Source: the human T2T-CHM13v2.0 reference genome, Homo sapiens. From it: 64,000 nt of DNA. A model generated the notes under the pieces. The model was not told the DNA's origin and ran no database searches. It was given only the letters and a program-made list of their open reading frames with translations. The stretch is taken from NCBI RefSeq assembly GCF_009914755.1, contig NC_060931.1. The stretch is one strand, 5' to 3'. Shown piece after piece: positions 13,472 through 26,317 of this stretch (within the stretch, counting starts at the first letter, position 1; the number at the start of each line of letters is the position of its first letter). Position numbers and translations under genes: made by a program.

Positions 13472-15955
13472 CGGAAAGGCTCCTCCTCTCCCTCTCCCTC
13501 CTCTCCCTCTCCCCACGGTCTCCCTCTCCCCACGGTCTCCCTCTCCCCACGGTCTCCCTCTCCCCATGGTCTCCCTCTCCCCACGGTCTCCCTCTCCCTC
13601 TCTTTCCACGGTCTCCCCCTGATGCCGAGCCAAAGCTGGACTGTACTGCTGCCATCTCGGCTCACTGCAACCTCCCTGCCTGATTCTCCTGCCTCAGCCT
13701 GCCGAGTGCCTGCGATTGCAGGCGCACGGCGCCACGCCTGACTGGTTTTCGTATTTTTTTGGTGGAGACGGGGTTTCGCTGTGTTGGCCGGGCTGGTCTC
13801 CAGCTCCTAACCGCGAGTGATCCGCCAGCCTCGGCCTCCCGAGGTGCCGGGATGGCAGACGGAGTCGCGTTCACTCAGTGCTCAATGGTGCCCAGGCTGG
13901 AGTGCAGTGGCGTGATCTCGGCTCGCTACAACCTCCACCTCCCAGCTGCCTGCCTTGGCCCCGCAAAGTGCCGAGATTGCAGCCTCTGCCCGGCCGCCAC
14001 CCCATCTGGGAAGTGAGGAGCGTCTCTGCCTGGCCGCCCATCGTCTGGGATGTGAGGAGCCCCTCTGCCTGGCTGCCCAGTCTGGAAAGTGAGGAGCGTC
14101 TCTGCCCGGCCGCCATCCCATCTAGGAAGTGAGGAGCGTCTCTGCCAGGCCGCCCATCGTCTGAGATGTGGGGAGTGCCTCTGCCCTGCCGCCCCGTCTG
14201 GGATGTGAGGAGCGTCTCTGCCCGGCCGCTCCGTCTGAGAAGTGAGGAGACCCTCTGCCTGGCAACCGGCCCGTCTGAGAAGTGAGGAGCCCCTCCGCCC
14301 GGCAGCCACTCCGTCTGGGAAGTGAGGAGCGTCTCCGCCCGGCAGCCACCCGGTCTGGGAGGGAGGTGGGGGTCAGCCCCCCACCCGGCCAGCCGCCCCA
14401 TCCGGGAGGGAGGTGGGGGGGTCAGCCCCCCGCCCGGCCAGCCGCCCCGTCCGGGAGGTGAGGGGCGCCTCTGCCCGGCCGCCCCTACTGGGAAGTGAGG
14501 AGTCCCTCTGCCCGGCCAGCCGCCCCGTCTGGGAGGGAGGTGGGGGTCAGCCCCCCGCCCGGCCAGCCGCCCCGTCCGGAAGGGAGGTGGGGGGGTTAGC
14601 CCCCCGTCCGGCCAGCCGCCCCATCCGGGAGGTGAGGGGCGCCTCTGCCCGGCCGCCCCTACTGGGAAGTGAGGAGTCCCTCTGCCCGGCCAGCCGCCCC
14701 GTCCGGAAGGGAGGTGGGGGGGTTAGCCCCCCGCCCGGCCAGCCGCCCCATCCGGGAGGGAGGTGGGGGGGTCAGCCCCCCGCCCGGCCAGCCGCCCCGT
14801 CCGGGAGGTGAGGGGCGCCTCTGCCCGGCCGCCCCTACTGGGAAGTGAGGAGTCCCTCTGCCCGGCCAGCCGCCCCGTCCGGGAAGGAGGTGGGGGGGTC
14901 AGCCCCCCGCCCGGCCAGCCGCCCTATCCGGGAGGTGAGGGGCGCCTCTGCCCGGCCGCCCCTACTGGGAAGAGAGGAGCCCCTCTGCCCGGCCAGCCGC
15001 CCCGTCCAGGAGGGAGGTGGGGGGGTCAGCCCCCGGCCCGGCCAGCCGCCCCGTCCAGGAGGGAGGTGGGGGGGTCAGCCCCCCTCCCGGCCAGCCGCCC
15101 CATCCGGGAGGTGAGGGGCGCCTCTGCCCGGCCGCCCCTACTGGGAAGAGAGGAGCCCCTCTGCCCGGCCAGCCGCCCCATCCGGGAGGGAGGTGGGGGG
15201 GGGGTCAGCCCCCCGCCCGGCCAGCCGCCCCATCCGGGAGGGAGGAGGGGAGGTCAGCCCCCCACCCGGCCAGCCACCCCGTCCGGGAGGGAGGCGGGGG
15301 GGTCAGCCCCCCGCCCGGCCAGCCGCCCCGTCCGGGAGGTGAGGGGCGCCTCTGCCCGGCCGCCCCTACTGGGAAGTGAGGAGCCCCTCTGCCCGGCCAC
15401 CACCCCGTCTGGGAGGTGTACTCAACAGCTCATTGAGAACGGGCCATGATGACCATGGCGGTTTTGTGGAATAGAAAGGGGGAGAAGGTGGGGAAAAGAT
15501 TGAGAAATCGGATGGTTGCCATGTCTGTGTAGAAAGAGGTAGACATGGGAGACTTTTCATTTTGTTCTGTACTAAGAAAAATTCTTCTGCCTTGGGATCC
15601 TGTTGATCTGTGACCTTACCCCCAACCCTGTGCTCTCTGAAACAGGTGCTGTGTCCACTCAGGGTTGAATGGATTAAGGGTGGTGCAAGATGTGCTTTGT
15701 TAAACAGATGCTTGAAGGCAGCATGCTCGTTAAGAGTCATCACCACTCCCTAATCTCAAGTACCCAGGGACATAAACACTGCGGAAGGCCGCAGGGTCCT
15801 CTGCCTAGGAAAACCAGAGACCTTTGTTCACTTATCTGCTGACCTTCCCTCCACTATTGTCCTGTGACCCTGCCAAATCCCCCTCTGCGAGAAACACCCA
15901 AGAATGATCAATAAAAAAAAGAAAAAGAAAAAGAAAAAAGAAAAAAAAAAAAAAA
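13472..15955 (+). mobile_element. Full-length SVA retrotransposon (young, D/E/F-like), antisense to CHCHD3
   Basis: CCCTCT-type head (~13482-13620), antisense Alu-like domain (~13621-13980), GC-rich VNTR (~13980-15415), SINE-R (~15416-15909), AATAAA at 15910-15915 and an A-rich tail. Perfect 15-bp TSD GAAAATACAACTTCT at 13457-13471 and 15956-15970. Confidence 0.97.
13980..15415 (+). repeat. SVA VNTR (GC/CpG-rich units of about 35-50 bp)
   Basis: Repeated units such as gcccggccagccgccccgtccgggagggaggtggggggtcagccccc and gcctctgcccggccgcccctactgggaagtgaggag. Confidence 0.95.
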
Positions 15956-17799
15956 GAAAATACAACTTCTATATGAGTGCTGGATTGCTAAGAAAGGAAA
16001 GGCTTACCTATAGACTCTAATGCGATTTGAGGAAAAGTCAAGTCTCCATTATGTGATAGATTAAAGGCGAATTTAATACCAGCAAAGGATGGTTTGATAA
16101 TTTGAGAAAGAGGTTTTACTTAAAAATGTCAAGATAATAGGAGAAGCAGCTTCTGCTGACCAAGAAACAGCAAACCAGTTCCCAGATGCCATTAAGAAAA
16201 TCATTGAGAAGAAAGGATAACTGCCTGAACAGATTTTTAATGCAGACAAAAGTGCCCTACTCTAGAAAATAAATGGCATGAAAGACATACATTAGTAAAG
16301 AAGAGAAGCAAGTACAAAGATTTAAGATAGGAAGGGATAGGCTATCTCTACTAGTTTTGTGCAAATGCAGTTGAGTTTATGGCACAATTGTCCTTATCTA
16401 TAGAGCTGCTAACCCCTGAGCCTCATAGGGAAAAGATAAACACGAGCTGCCAGTCTTTTGGTTGTACAAGAAGGTCTACACAATAAGAACCTATTTTCTA
16501 GATAGGTTCCATCAATGATTTGTCCCTGAAATCAGAAAATACCTTGCCAGTAAAGGACTACCCTTTAAAGTTCTTCTGATATTGGACAATGCCTCTAGCC
16601 ACCCAGAACCCCATGACTTCAATATTGAACACATCAAAGTGGTGACTTACCCCCAAACAGAATGTTTTTATTTCAGCCTATAGATTAGGGGATCATAAGG
16701 ACCTTTCTTCATCAGACATGATAATCTATGAAAAGGACTGTCAACACTATGGAAGAGAACCCGGACAGAGAGAACATCATGAAGTCTGAAAGGATTACCT
16801 CATGAAGATGCCACTGTTGTTAAAGAAAAAGCCATGAAAGTCATCAAGCCCAAAACAACAAACTCCTCCTGGAGGAAACTGTGTCCAGATATTGCACATG
16901 ATTTACAACAGAGTCAACCAGGGAAATCATGAAAGAGATTGTGAATATAACCAAAAAAGGTGGGAGATGAAGGGCTTCAAGATGGACCTTGGAGAAATTC
17001 CAGAACTAACAGACACCACACCAGACGAATTAACAGAAGATGGACGACATTATGGTGATGAGTGCCTTCGAAACAGCGCCAGACGATGAGAAGATGTAGA
17101 AGAAGCAGTGCCAGAACACAACTGACATTAGACAATCTGGCACAAGGGTTCAGATTATCCAAGACTACAAATGACTTATTTTATGACAGGGACCCATCTA
17201 AGATATAGTCACTGAAACTAAAGCAAACAGTGGGAGGAGAACTGGTACCATGTAGAAACATTTTTAGAGAAACTAAAAAAAGCAAAAAAAGTCAGACAGA
17301 AATTATAAGGCATTTCCATAATATGTCTGCCTGTCCTTTCATCTTTTCTGCCTCTACCACCAGAGACAGCAAGACTAACCAACCCTCCAGCCTGAAGACA
17401 AGGAGGATGAAGACCTTTATGATTATCTACTTACACTTAATAAATAATAAATATATTTTTTCTTGCTTATGATTTTCTTACTAACATTTTCTATACTCTA
17501 GCTTACTTTATTGTAAGAATACAGTATGTAATACATATAACATACAAAATATGTGTTAATCTACTCTGCTATTGGTAAGGCTTCCGGTCAATAGATGACT
17601 ATTACTAGTTCAGTTTTTAGGGAGCCAAAAGTTATATACAGATTTTCAACTGCACAAGGGATCAGTGTTCCTAACGCTCAGGTCATTCAAGGGTCATAAG
17701 AAACTTACCCATAGTCAAATTTACCCAAAATAAAACCAGTGAGAGGTATAGCCAGAATTAAACTCAGCCCAACTTCAGAGCCTGCATTCTTACAGAAAA

Positions 17800-17839
17800 T
17801 ACACACACACACACACCCACACACACACACACCCACACA
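17800..17839 (+). repeat. Interrupted (CA)n microsatellite
   Basis: acacacacacacacacccacacacac... Confidence 0.9.
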
Positions 17840-18081
17840 AATATACAGATACCATTAAAATAAGTGGCATGGGGGTAGAACTTTGTCTTATATACCATTG
17901 TAATCCCCACATTAAATAATACCTGGCACTTGGTAAGCATTCAAAATATATTTTGAAAGAATGAATACAGAGTGTGAGCATATTTTTATAAATATTATGG
18001 AACATAGGTACTCTTTATATAATGATTATTTAGCAATATATATTTTACATAATGGTAATTTAGCAATAAATTAAATAAAAT

Positions 18082-18693
18082 GGGTTCCTCATCCACAGGT
18101 TTAACCAAATGGGAATCAAAAATTTTTAGGGAAAAATAAATAATAAAAGCCAGGCTCAGTGGCTCATGCCTGCAATCCCAGCTGCTCAGGAGGATGAGGT
18201 GGGAGGATCACTTGAAGCCAGGAGTTCAGAACCAGCCTGGGCAACATAGTGAGCCCCCATCTCTAACAAAAAAAAATTTTTTTATCAGTCAGGTGTGGTG
18301 GCACCTGCTTGTAAGTCCAAGCTACTAGGGAGGCTACAGCAGGAGAATCACTTGACTGCAGGATTTGGAGGCTGCACTGAGCTATGATCACAGCACTGTA
18401 CTCCAGCCTGGGCAACAGAATGAAACCCTGTCTCTTAAAAAAATAAAGAAAATAAAAAAATAGTAACACAATTTTTAAAAATACAAATTTTTAATATACA
18501 GTATAACAACTATTTACATAGTGCTTACATTGTATTGTAAGTACATCTAGAGATGATGTAAAGTATACGGGAGGAAGTACACCAGTTATATGCAAGTACT
18601 ATACTATTTTATATAAGGAACTTGAGCATCTGAGGGTTTTGGAATCCTTAGGGATCCTGGAACCAATCCTCCATGCATATCAAGTGAGGACTG
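18082..18693 (-). mobile_element. MER2 (TcMar-Tigger MITE) interrupted by an Alu
   Basis: ...tacagtataacaactatttacatag...ctggaaccaatcctccatgcatatc...gactg|ta matches the reverse complement of the MER2 consensus as I recall it. Confidence 0.75.
18149..18461 (+). mobile_element. Alu (AluJ-like)
   Basis: Diverged dimer (gaggctgcactgagctatgatc) with A-rich tail. Confidence 0.92.
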
Positions 18694-19379
18694 TATTTAA
18701 CCAGCATTAAGTCCTGGTTCTGAATAAAACCAAGAGGACATTTATTTTGGTCATCTACATTTCTGTGTAAATAGCATTGAAAATGGCACTCAGAATTTAA
18801 GTCAAGGTTTCCTTCCTTTCCAAAGGAACATAGAAAAGGTGATTTTATTTTAATTCACAATAAAATTTTGTTGCAATCTGGAAATATGCCTGCATAGCTT
18901 CAAAATGATGCAAGAGAAAAAAAAAAAACTCAGCCCATAACTGAAAGCCTAGGACTATAATTATGGATTACCTACAGCCATAATCCTAACTAGCTTTCAT
19001 CTCCCCCTTCCAGATGATTGCCTCCCATTTACACATTGTATATTACTTTATACCTAAAGTCCCTATTTCAGTTCTCATTTGGGAACAAGTACCACCTGTC
19101 CTGGATGCTCTTGGACCTTCTTCTTAAATATTTTCTCCTACTGCACTGAAAAATACATTTATATTTGAAAAGTATTCTGATTTTAGTTCATAAGTTAATG
19201 TTCCTATATCCATGGCTCCTGCACCCACTCTCTCTCAGAAATTCACAACCAAAACTACCTAGGAGGAAATTACACAACACCACAAAGTATCCTTGTCTTC
19301 CTCTACTGAAATGACCTATGGCCACTTCTTTGTCTAACTTGAACTGAATATTTAGAGGCATCTTAAACCGAGATCATCA

Positions 19380-19814
<435 letters not shown>

Positions 19815-20452
19815 TCACTGGAATGGGCACTGCTGCTATGTATTTACTAAGATGCTGGAGCTAGACAATCATGAAGTCAGCTGGAAGAAAAAGGAACCTA
19901 AGGTCAAATGCAGACATCTCTGGGCAAATCCCTTTCATAAGCCAACTATCAACTCCTCCCGCAAACAGCGGCCCCATCCAAGATGGGCAGCTTGAGCCCT
20001 GGACAGATGACAATGTGAAATGGCTTCCTCCTGAAGACAGAAACTAGGGCAATAATCCTGGTTCCGTGACCTGAGAGACATGGGTGGGGTCTCATAAAGA
20101 GGACCGTAAGCTATGAAATAACATGAGAATCTCAGTACACTTCTGTAGACAAAACATACATCATTTACATTGTTTTGCACTTACGTTTCTTTTTCACAAG
20201 GGACACGTTTTTGCCAGGACTCGAATTTTGAAATTATGTTCATTGATAAGGCTAGGGAAACCTTAGGCCAGACAAAGAGATGACATTACCATTGTAAGCC
20301 CTATGGAGGAAAACAATCAATAATTCTCCTCTTCTTTTTGATTTCAAAAGACCTTCCAACTTGAACCAAAATGCAACCTCTCACCCTATACCTGCATTTA
20401 GCTTCTCAGATGTGGAGCTGAGAGGTGGATGTGAGTGGCCTTTCTGCTCCCC

Positions 20453-20460
20453 TACACAGA

Positions 20461-20498
<38 letters not shown>
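20453..20498 (+). repeat. (CA)n microsatellite
   Basis: Direct observation. Confidence 0.95.
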
Positions 20499-20499
<1 letters not shown>

Positions 20500-21459
20500 C
20501 CTAACTCATTCTGTCTCTTTTTATACTAGATGTGCTAAATGTTAAAGCTTAGCATGCTCCTCCATGAAGCCAGAGTAAACATTTTTAAGGAAAAAATAAT
20601 TATACAAAGTCCCTTATTATTTTTGTAAATCAACTAGACTTTGAATTTCTAATCATTTTTGATTCTTACATTGAGCTGCTAATTTGATTGATGCATAAAG
20701 GTTAATGGCTGCTGTCTTTATAAACTGTGCTTGTTATCATTACATAATTTGCTTCTTTATTCTGTTTAGTGTTTATAAGCTTTGATTGTACATTTTTTCA
20801 TATTTCTTTCTGTTTGGCACAACTTTGCCAATCCATTAATTTTTAACCTTTATTAAGGTTAAAACAAATTACTTTGTTTTAACTGCATTTCATATAAATA
20901 CATAGCTCTTATTGTGCATGTGGCAGCCTTGATCTTTAAATGGGTAATTGTGCCCAGTCACAATTATTAACAGTACAACTGATATACTTATTTCTTCCAT
21001 TTTATATCATGTTTAATATTAATTTTACTTTTTCCCTTTTCCTCATTTTCCTGGTTGTATCAAGTTACCATACCCTCCCCCAACTCCCACCAAAAAATCT
21101 CATACTCTTTTCTCTACTGTTGTTTAAAAACACAGTTCCAACTATTTCCTCAAACACTACTCCAGCAAACCCAGTAAGATGAAATCGTTTGAATGCTTTG
21201 ACTTTCCCCCAACCCAATTCTGAGCTAAGAGTTCAGTACTTTGAAACTCATAAAACTCTTAGTTTTTTTTTTCCTCAAGGATTTTTCTTCAATTTCGAGA
21301 ATCTTTATTAGCACTTTATGAGACAATCCTGGTCTATCATTTATGTACACAAGGCAAAGACTGATCCTCAGGGGTGCTTCCCCTCCTCTCCATCTTCCCC
21401 TACATGGAAGTCTCTGTTGTAATTAATTTGGTTAGAATTATTTTTTAAGTATTATCCTA

Positions 21460-22420
21460 AGATGGACTACTGTGTTCAACATTTGGCTACGACTCTCAGC
21501 TTCTCACCCCTCTTCTGCTCTCTGCTTCATGATGTGGAGCTGGCGGGGAAGGCAAGGTCTCTAAACACATTTCTGCTTCATAGCTGGGTCCCTACTAGGA
21601 CCCATCAAGGGAAGCCAGAGGGAAACTGCAAGGCTGGTGGAAGAACAAGGAGCTGTTTCCCATTTGCTTCCTATCGCGTCACTCGGGCCTCACTGCTTCC
21701 CAGCAGCAGCAGCACTTGCTCCTGCAGCAGCAGCAGTTGAGTCTGCACTTTGTTCAAGCTAAGTCTGCTTGCAAAATCAGCCTCAGTGCACCCCATTCTG
21801 GAGACACTGACCCTACCTACTGGCACACTCTTGAAAATCTCAGTCCCAGACCCACAGGTCTCTCCTCAGAGCTCCATGACAGCAGTCTACCAGCTAGGAA
21901 ATGCCCCTTCCTCAGACGTCTGAGCTACATCCCACAGAGCCTCTCCTCCAAGCTTTAATGTTTTAACAACTACCTCTTCCCATTGCTCCCCCAGTGCTAC
22001 ATCTGAGATACTGTGGAGCTGCAATGTCCAATACAGTCCCCATTAGCCACATGCGGCTACTGAGCCCAGAAATGTGGCTAGTCCAATCCAAGACTTGCTT
22101 AATCATAAAATATACACTGGATTTTGAACACTTGGTATGAAAATAAATTTTATACTCCTTATGTTATTATTTTAGATATACTGAGAAAAAACCAGAATTA
22201 TTTCTACCTTTTTTACTTGTGACAGAACTAGTAGAAAATTAACTACAATGATTGCTCACATAATATTTCTGTTAAACAGTACTGCTTTAGAGTTACTTTT
22301 TTTTGTTTGTTTTTGCCTTTTCAGCTCTTAAGTGCCTCATTAACAATTCTTACATTAAATTCTCTCTATAAAAATAACTGGTGTGTTTGATCTCCTTAAT
22401 GGACTCTGCCTGCTAGAATT
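21460..22420 (+). mobile_element. Old ERVL LTR (LTR33-like) interrupted by a hAT MITE
   Basis: 3' motif attaaattctctct...aaataactggtgtg and general similarity to the recalled LTR33 consensus. Confidence 0.5.
22015..22285. mobile_element. MER3/MER33-like hAT-Charlie MITE
   Basis: tgtccaataca...tagccacatgcggctactgagc...aaatgtggctagt. Confidence 0.75.
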
Positions 22421-24729
22421 AAAATTAATAAATTTTCTAAATCCTTGCATATCAATGGTCCTCTTTTTCACCGTAACAGCTGAGTAAGAGCTCAACAGAG
22501 AATTGTGGGCTTGCAGTCCTTTTAGGTGTCATTCCATCTTCTAGCTTCCAGTCTGGCAGAAGAAAAGCCTAAACCCAGGCTGATCCCATTTCCTTTATAA
22601 ATTAGTGTTCTTTCTATCTGGAAGTTCATAAGGCTTTCTCTTTATCCTTAGAGTTCTGAAATTTTAGCTGTCTATGACTAGGTGTGCATGTTTTCTCATC
22701 AGTGCCTCCTAGAATAAAGAGTCCTTTCAATTTGCAGACTCCAGTTTTCTTCAGCTCAGTGAAATGTTTTATATCACATAATTATCACCTCCTCTCAAAC
22801 TCTTCCCTTTATCTCCTTCTGGAATTTAGTCTAATTCATCAAATATAACATGCATGAAGTTACTTTCTTCTACTCTTCACTATCTATGAAATCAAAATGC
22901 AACTTAAAATTGAGGGTGTATTAAAATCAAGTAGTAATCGTTGTCAATGCTACAAACATCAAAGCACCACTGAACTATTCCAAGAGTTCTTCCAAGACAC
23001 ACCTCTTCTAAGTTCTCATTTGTCTCTTTCTCTCCGCCTACTGTGCCCCATAGATGACCCCTTCTTTTTCATCTGCCTACGCACCAGAGCTCAGGTCCCA
23101 CTGTTGGGCTGCCTTAAGTGGAAGGATCCACTAAGTGGTGGGAGATGAGGCAGCCTCTGCTGCTGAGGCCCAGTGGTATGCCAGCAGCTGATGAGTTTGC
23201 AGCCCCCTCTTAAGAAAACCTGGAGAAAGTCTCTCCCCATCCCTCACCCACCCAAACCAGTTGACAGGGACATGAAAACCAAAAGGTTATCTCAGGAACA
23301 GTCACAGAGACTGGGGCCAACACTGTTGATCCCTGCACTTTGCCAGAACTAGCCCAATGGCTCACATCTGTCGTCAGATGTGCTTCTGAGAAACAGCAAC
23401 TAGTGGCGAGACTGAAATTGATAGCAGAAGGTGCAGAGATGCTTCAAGTCTCCAACTCCCAGAATCCTCTCCATTTTTAAAATGTCTATTTCATCTTAAT
23501 GTTTTAACATTAAAGGGTTACTTAAAGAATTTTAGGGCAGAGTTAATAAGTAAAAAGTGCAAGATAGGGCAATCTGGGGCACTGTACATTAGTTCCTATG
23601 GAAATAATTTCCTTGTACCATCTTTTCACTATAGGCTACATTTTTCTAAAAAGACACCTTGAGGTTTAACATAGCCCCCTCCCCCACTCACTGTAAGTAC
23701 TATATGAAGTCTTTCTATATATGTAGGATGAAAACTGTGAACACCAAAACAATCAAATAAGAGAAATTTGATATAGAGAGACAGAACAACATGGTCCAGT
23801 TTTGTAGCTCACTAATAATAATCAAACATAATGAAAAGACAGGTCTTAGACAATCAAGAAATAAATGGATTGCCTATATTTCAGAGCATGGCTTTGAGTA
23901 AACATTACACAGAAGTAAGTTCAAGATTAAACTTCATGGCCAGCACCTATTCTATGATGTTAGAGAAAGACACCGCCAATTGCTGTAAAGGTCAGCCAAT
24001 CTGAGGGAAGAGTGATATCCGTTTTTGAAAGCTAGGAGTCTAATGAAGTTATATGAGAAAACAGAACAACCCCTCTCCAAAGGAATATATGCTGCAAAAC
24101 TAATTTTATTCTGAAAAACTACTTGAAACCCACTCCAGCAAAAGGATAAATCGCCTCTTAAGAATCAAATTTTATATCATTGAACACAATCACAACAATT
24201 GTTATTATTAGCTAGTTAAACATAGGCCTTAGAAAACAATTTCCAACAGTCTTACTTCTGAATAAAGATGGCCCTATATTTTTTACCTCAACTCCTTACA
24301 ACCTCAAAAGAAATACCAAGAGTTGAAGGGGCCTTATCCCCTAGACCAAGCTCATCTTTCTGTTGAAAGTCACCTTGGCATACACAGAGAGACCAACAGA
24401 CAACATCAGCACCCACCATGCCTGCTCCACAGCGCATTCTCCTTAGATCACAGCAATCAATTTCATGCCTCTCTGACACTACTCATCTGCAAAAAATTCA
24501 TTCCTTGACAGATGTTTTATTTCTAGTATTCCCTATGAAATCACACTAAAAAAGTTCAAAAACAAATACATTGATTTTAAAGCCACACTAAGCAGTATAC
24601 TAGATTTTTTAATTTTCACCTCAAAATGGTAGAAACATGTATAGAAAGAGAAAAAATGTGAAATTCAGTAGGATTTTCTTTACTGTCATTTTAGGATAAC
24701 TCCTGTTCATTCCCTTACTTGGTATTTTC

Positions 24730-24980
24730 TTTTTTTAAAACCATTTTATTGAGGTATGATTGACATACAGAAAGCTGCACATACTTAATGTACACATCTT
24801 GATGAGTCTAGGAATAAGTAAACACCCATGAAGCCATCACTACTATCAAGGCCATTAACAAGTCCATCACCTCCCAGAGTTTCCTTCCGCTCCCTTAAGA
24901 CCACTTAATATATAGTCCACCCTTCTAAAATTTAAGCCTATAATACAATATTGTTAGCTGTAGGCACTATGCTGTATCCT
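24730..24980 (-). mobile_element. L1M 3' end fragment
   Basis: ttttattgaggtatgattgacataca...gctgcacatacttaatgtaca. Confidence 0.75.
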
Positions 24981-25379
24981 CACTTGATATTTTCCATCTT
25001 TGACTCAAAAGTGAAATCATAGACATACTTCAAGAAGAATTACCATTCAGAATTCACATCCAAGACAAAAACAATAAACAAATGAAGTAACCTGAAATTG
25101 AAGTGCATTTAAAAGCACTTTTTGTGAATCTAATGTGCAGGCCATAGTGTGAAGCTGCGGAATTGGCCGGCAGGAGACAGAGCGTAAAACCTAGGACTTG
25201 CTCTTAAGGTGTCTACAATAACATACAATTCCAACTCATCCTAACAAAAGGCATCAGGCCTATGTGCTCCTTCATTTTCTCACTCCATTCATTTTTTTAT
25301 TTTTAGTATTAACAATTTTAACATACAAATTATACCATTTAAACTAAAAACTATGCATAATATTCCACTACCAATAATA

Positions 25380-25590
25380 TTATAATAGCTACCATTTGTG
25401 AAGTACCTCCTTGTGCCAGGCATTTTAACAGGTGTTTTATGTATGTTATTTCATTTACTCCACACAAAAATCCCACATAGTAGTTGTTAGTCCCCATTCA
25501 GAGCTAAAGAAACCACAGCTTAGAGAAGTTCAATAGATTACTCAAAATCACATAGGAAAACATGTGCTGGAATGTGTATTCTAGATTTAT
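25380..25590 (-). mobile_element. MIR
   Basis: tgtgccaggcattt...atttcatttactccacaca...gcttagagaagtt. Confidence 0.65.
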
Positions 25591-26281
25591 GGTAAAAAAA
25601 CCAAATAGCTAGTCACTATGCTATATCTTGATTATGTGAACCGAAACGCTTAGCTCAAGACCCTCAAAGTAAAATGCTCCATGTTCTGATTCAAACATTG
25701 ATGTACATGTCTCATCTTTCTTCTTTCCCCTAATGAAGCCCACCCTTCTGTGGACCTTTATGCAGGGCACTGTTACGTGCTCTGCAATCCAACTGGCCCT
25801 AAAGCAACTGCAAAAGCACACGCAGTTATTGACATCACAAGGCAACAACTGGCTACCAGGTGACCCAGAACGTGTTTCCACTCTTTGTTTTTCCCCATTC
25901 ACAGAGTCCTGAGCTTCAAAAATAGTGCTAAAAAGTTATCCCAAAGTTACAAATATGCATGTAAAATTACATTCCGTGAAGAAGCATAAAACAAAATAGT
26001 CCAATTGACTGACTATGAAATACTGTGTGTAAGATTATATCATACAAAAATGAAAAGAGGTTTATGTTAGGTCTCTTTCCCTTCAGAGTTGCTAAAATTG
26101 AGAAGGTAATAAACTAATGTCGGCGTTGCTTTGTAAAGGTATCAGTGCCTATGCAGTCCCCCAAATTGAATCGTTACAGAATTGGCAATCCTTCCAAGCC
26201 CTGTCGCTAATCAGCAACCTAATGTGGAAGAGATAAGCAAAGGGAAGAGGCAGCGGTGCGATGCTGAGGGAGTGTGCTCAC

Positions 26282-26317
26282 CAGGCTTTCGAAACGGACC
26301 ATTTACTACAGAGCAGC
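26282..26317 (-). other. CHCHD3: Candidate 36-nt cryptic/poison exon
   Basis: Long pyrimidine tract ending ...gtgtttttcttcttgaaag|GCTGCTC...AAAGCCTG|gtgagc. Sequence signals only. Confidence 0.25.

Noticed and set aside
13503-15415. Regularly spaced repeats that might suggest a CRISPR-like array
   Set aside because: Tandem units without unique spacers, in primate DNA. This is the SVA VNTR.
13253-15746. Many long Pro/Gly/Arg-rich ORFs (up to 228 aa) on both strands
   Set aside because: They are translations of the SVA head, Alu-like domain, VNTR and SINE-R. GC-rich repeats lack stop codons, so these are not genes.
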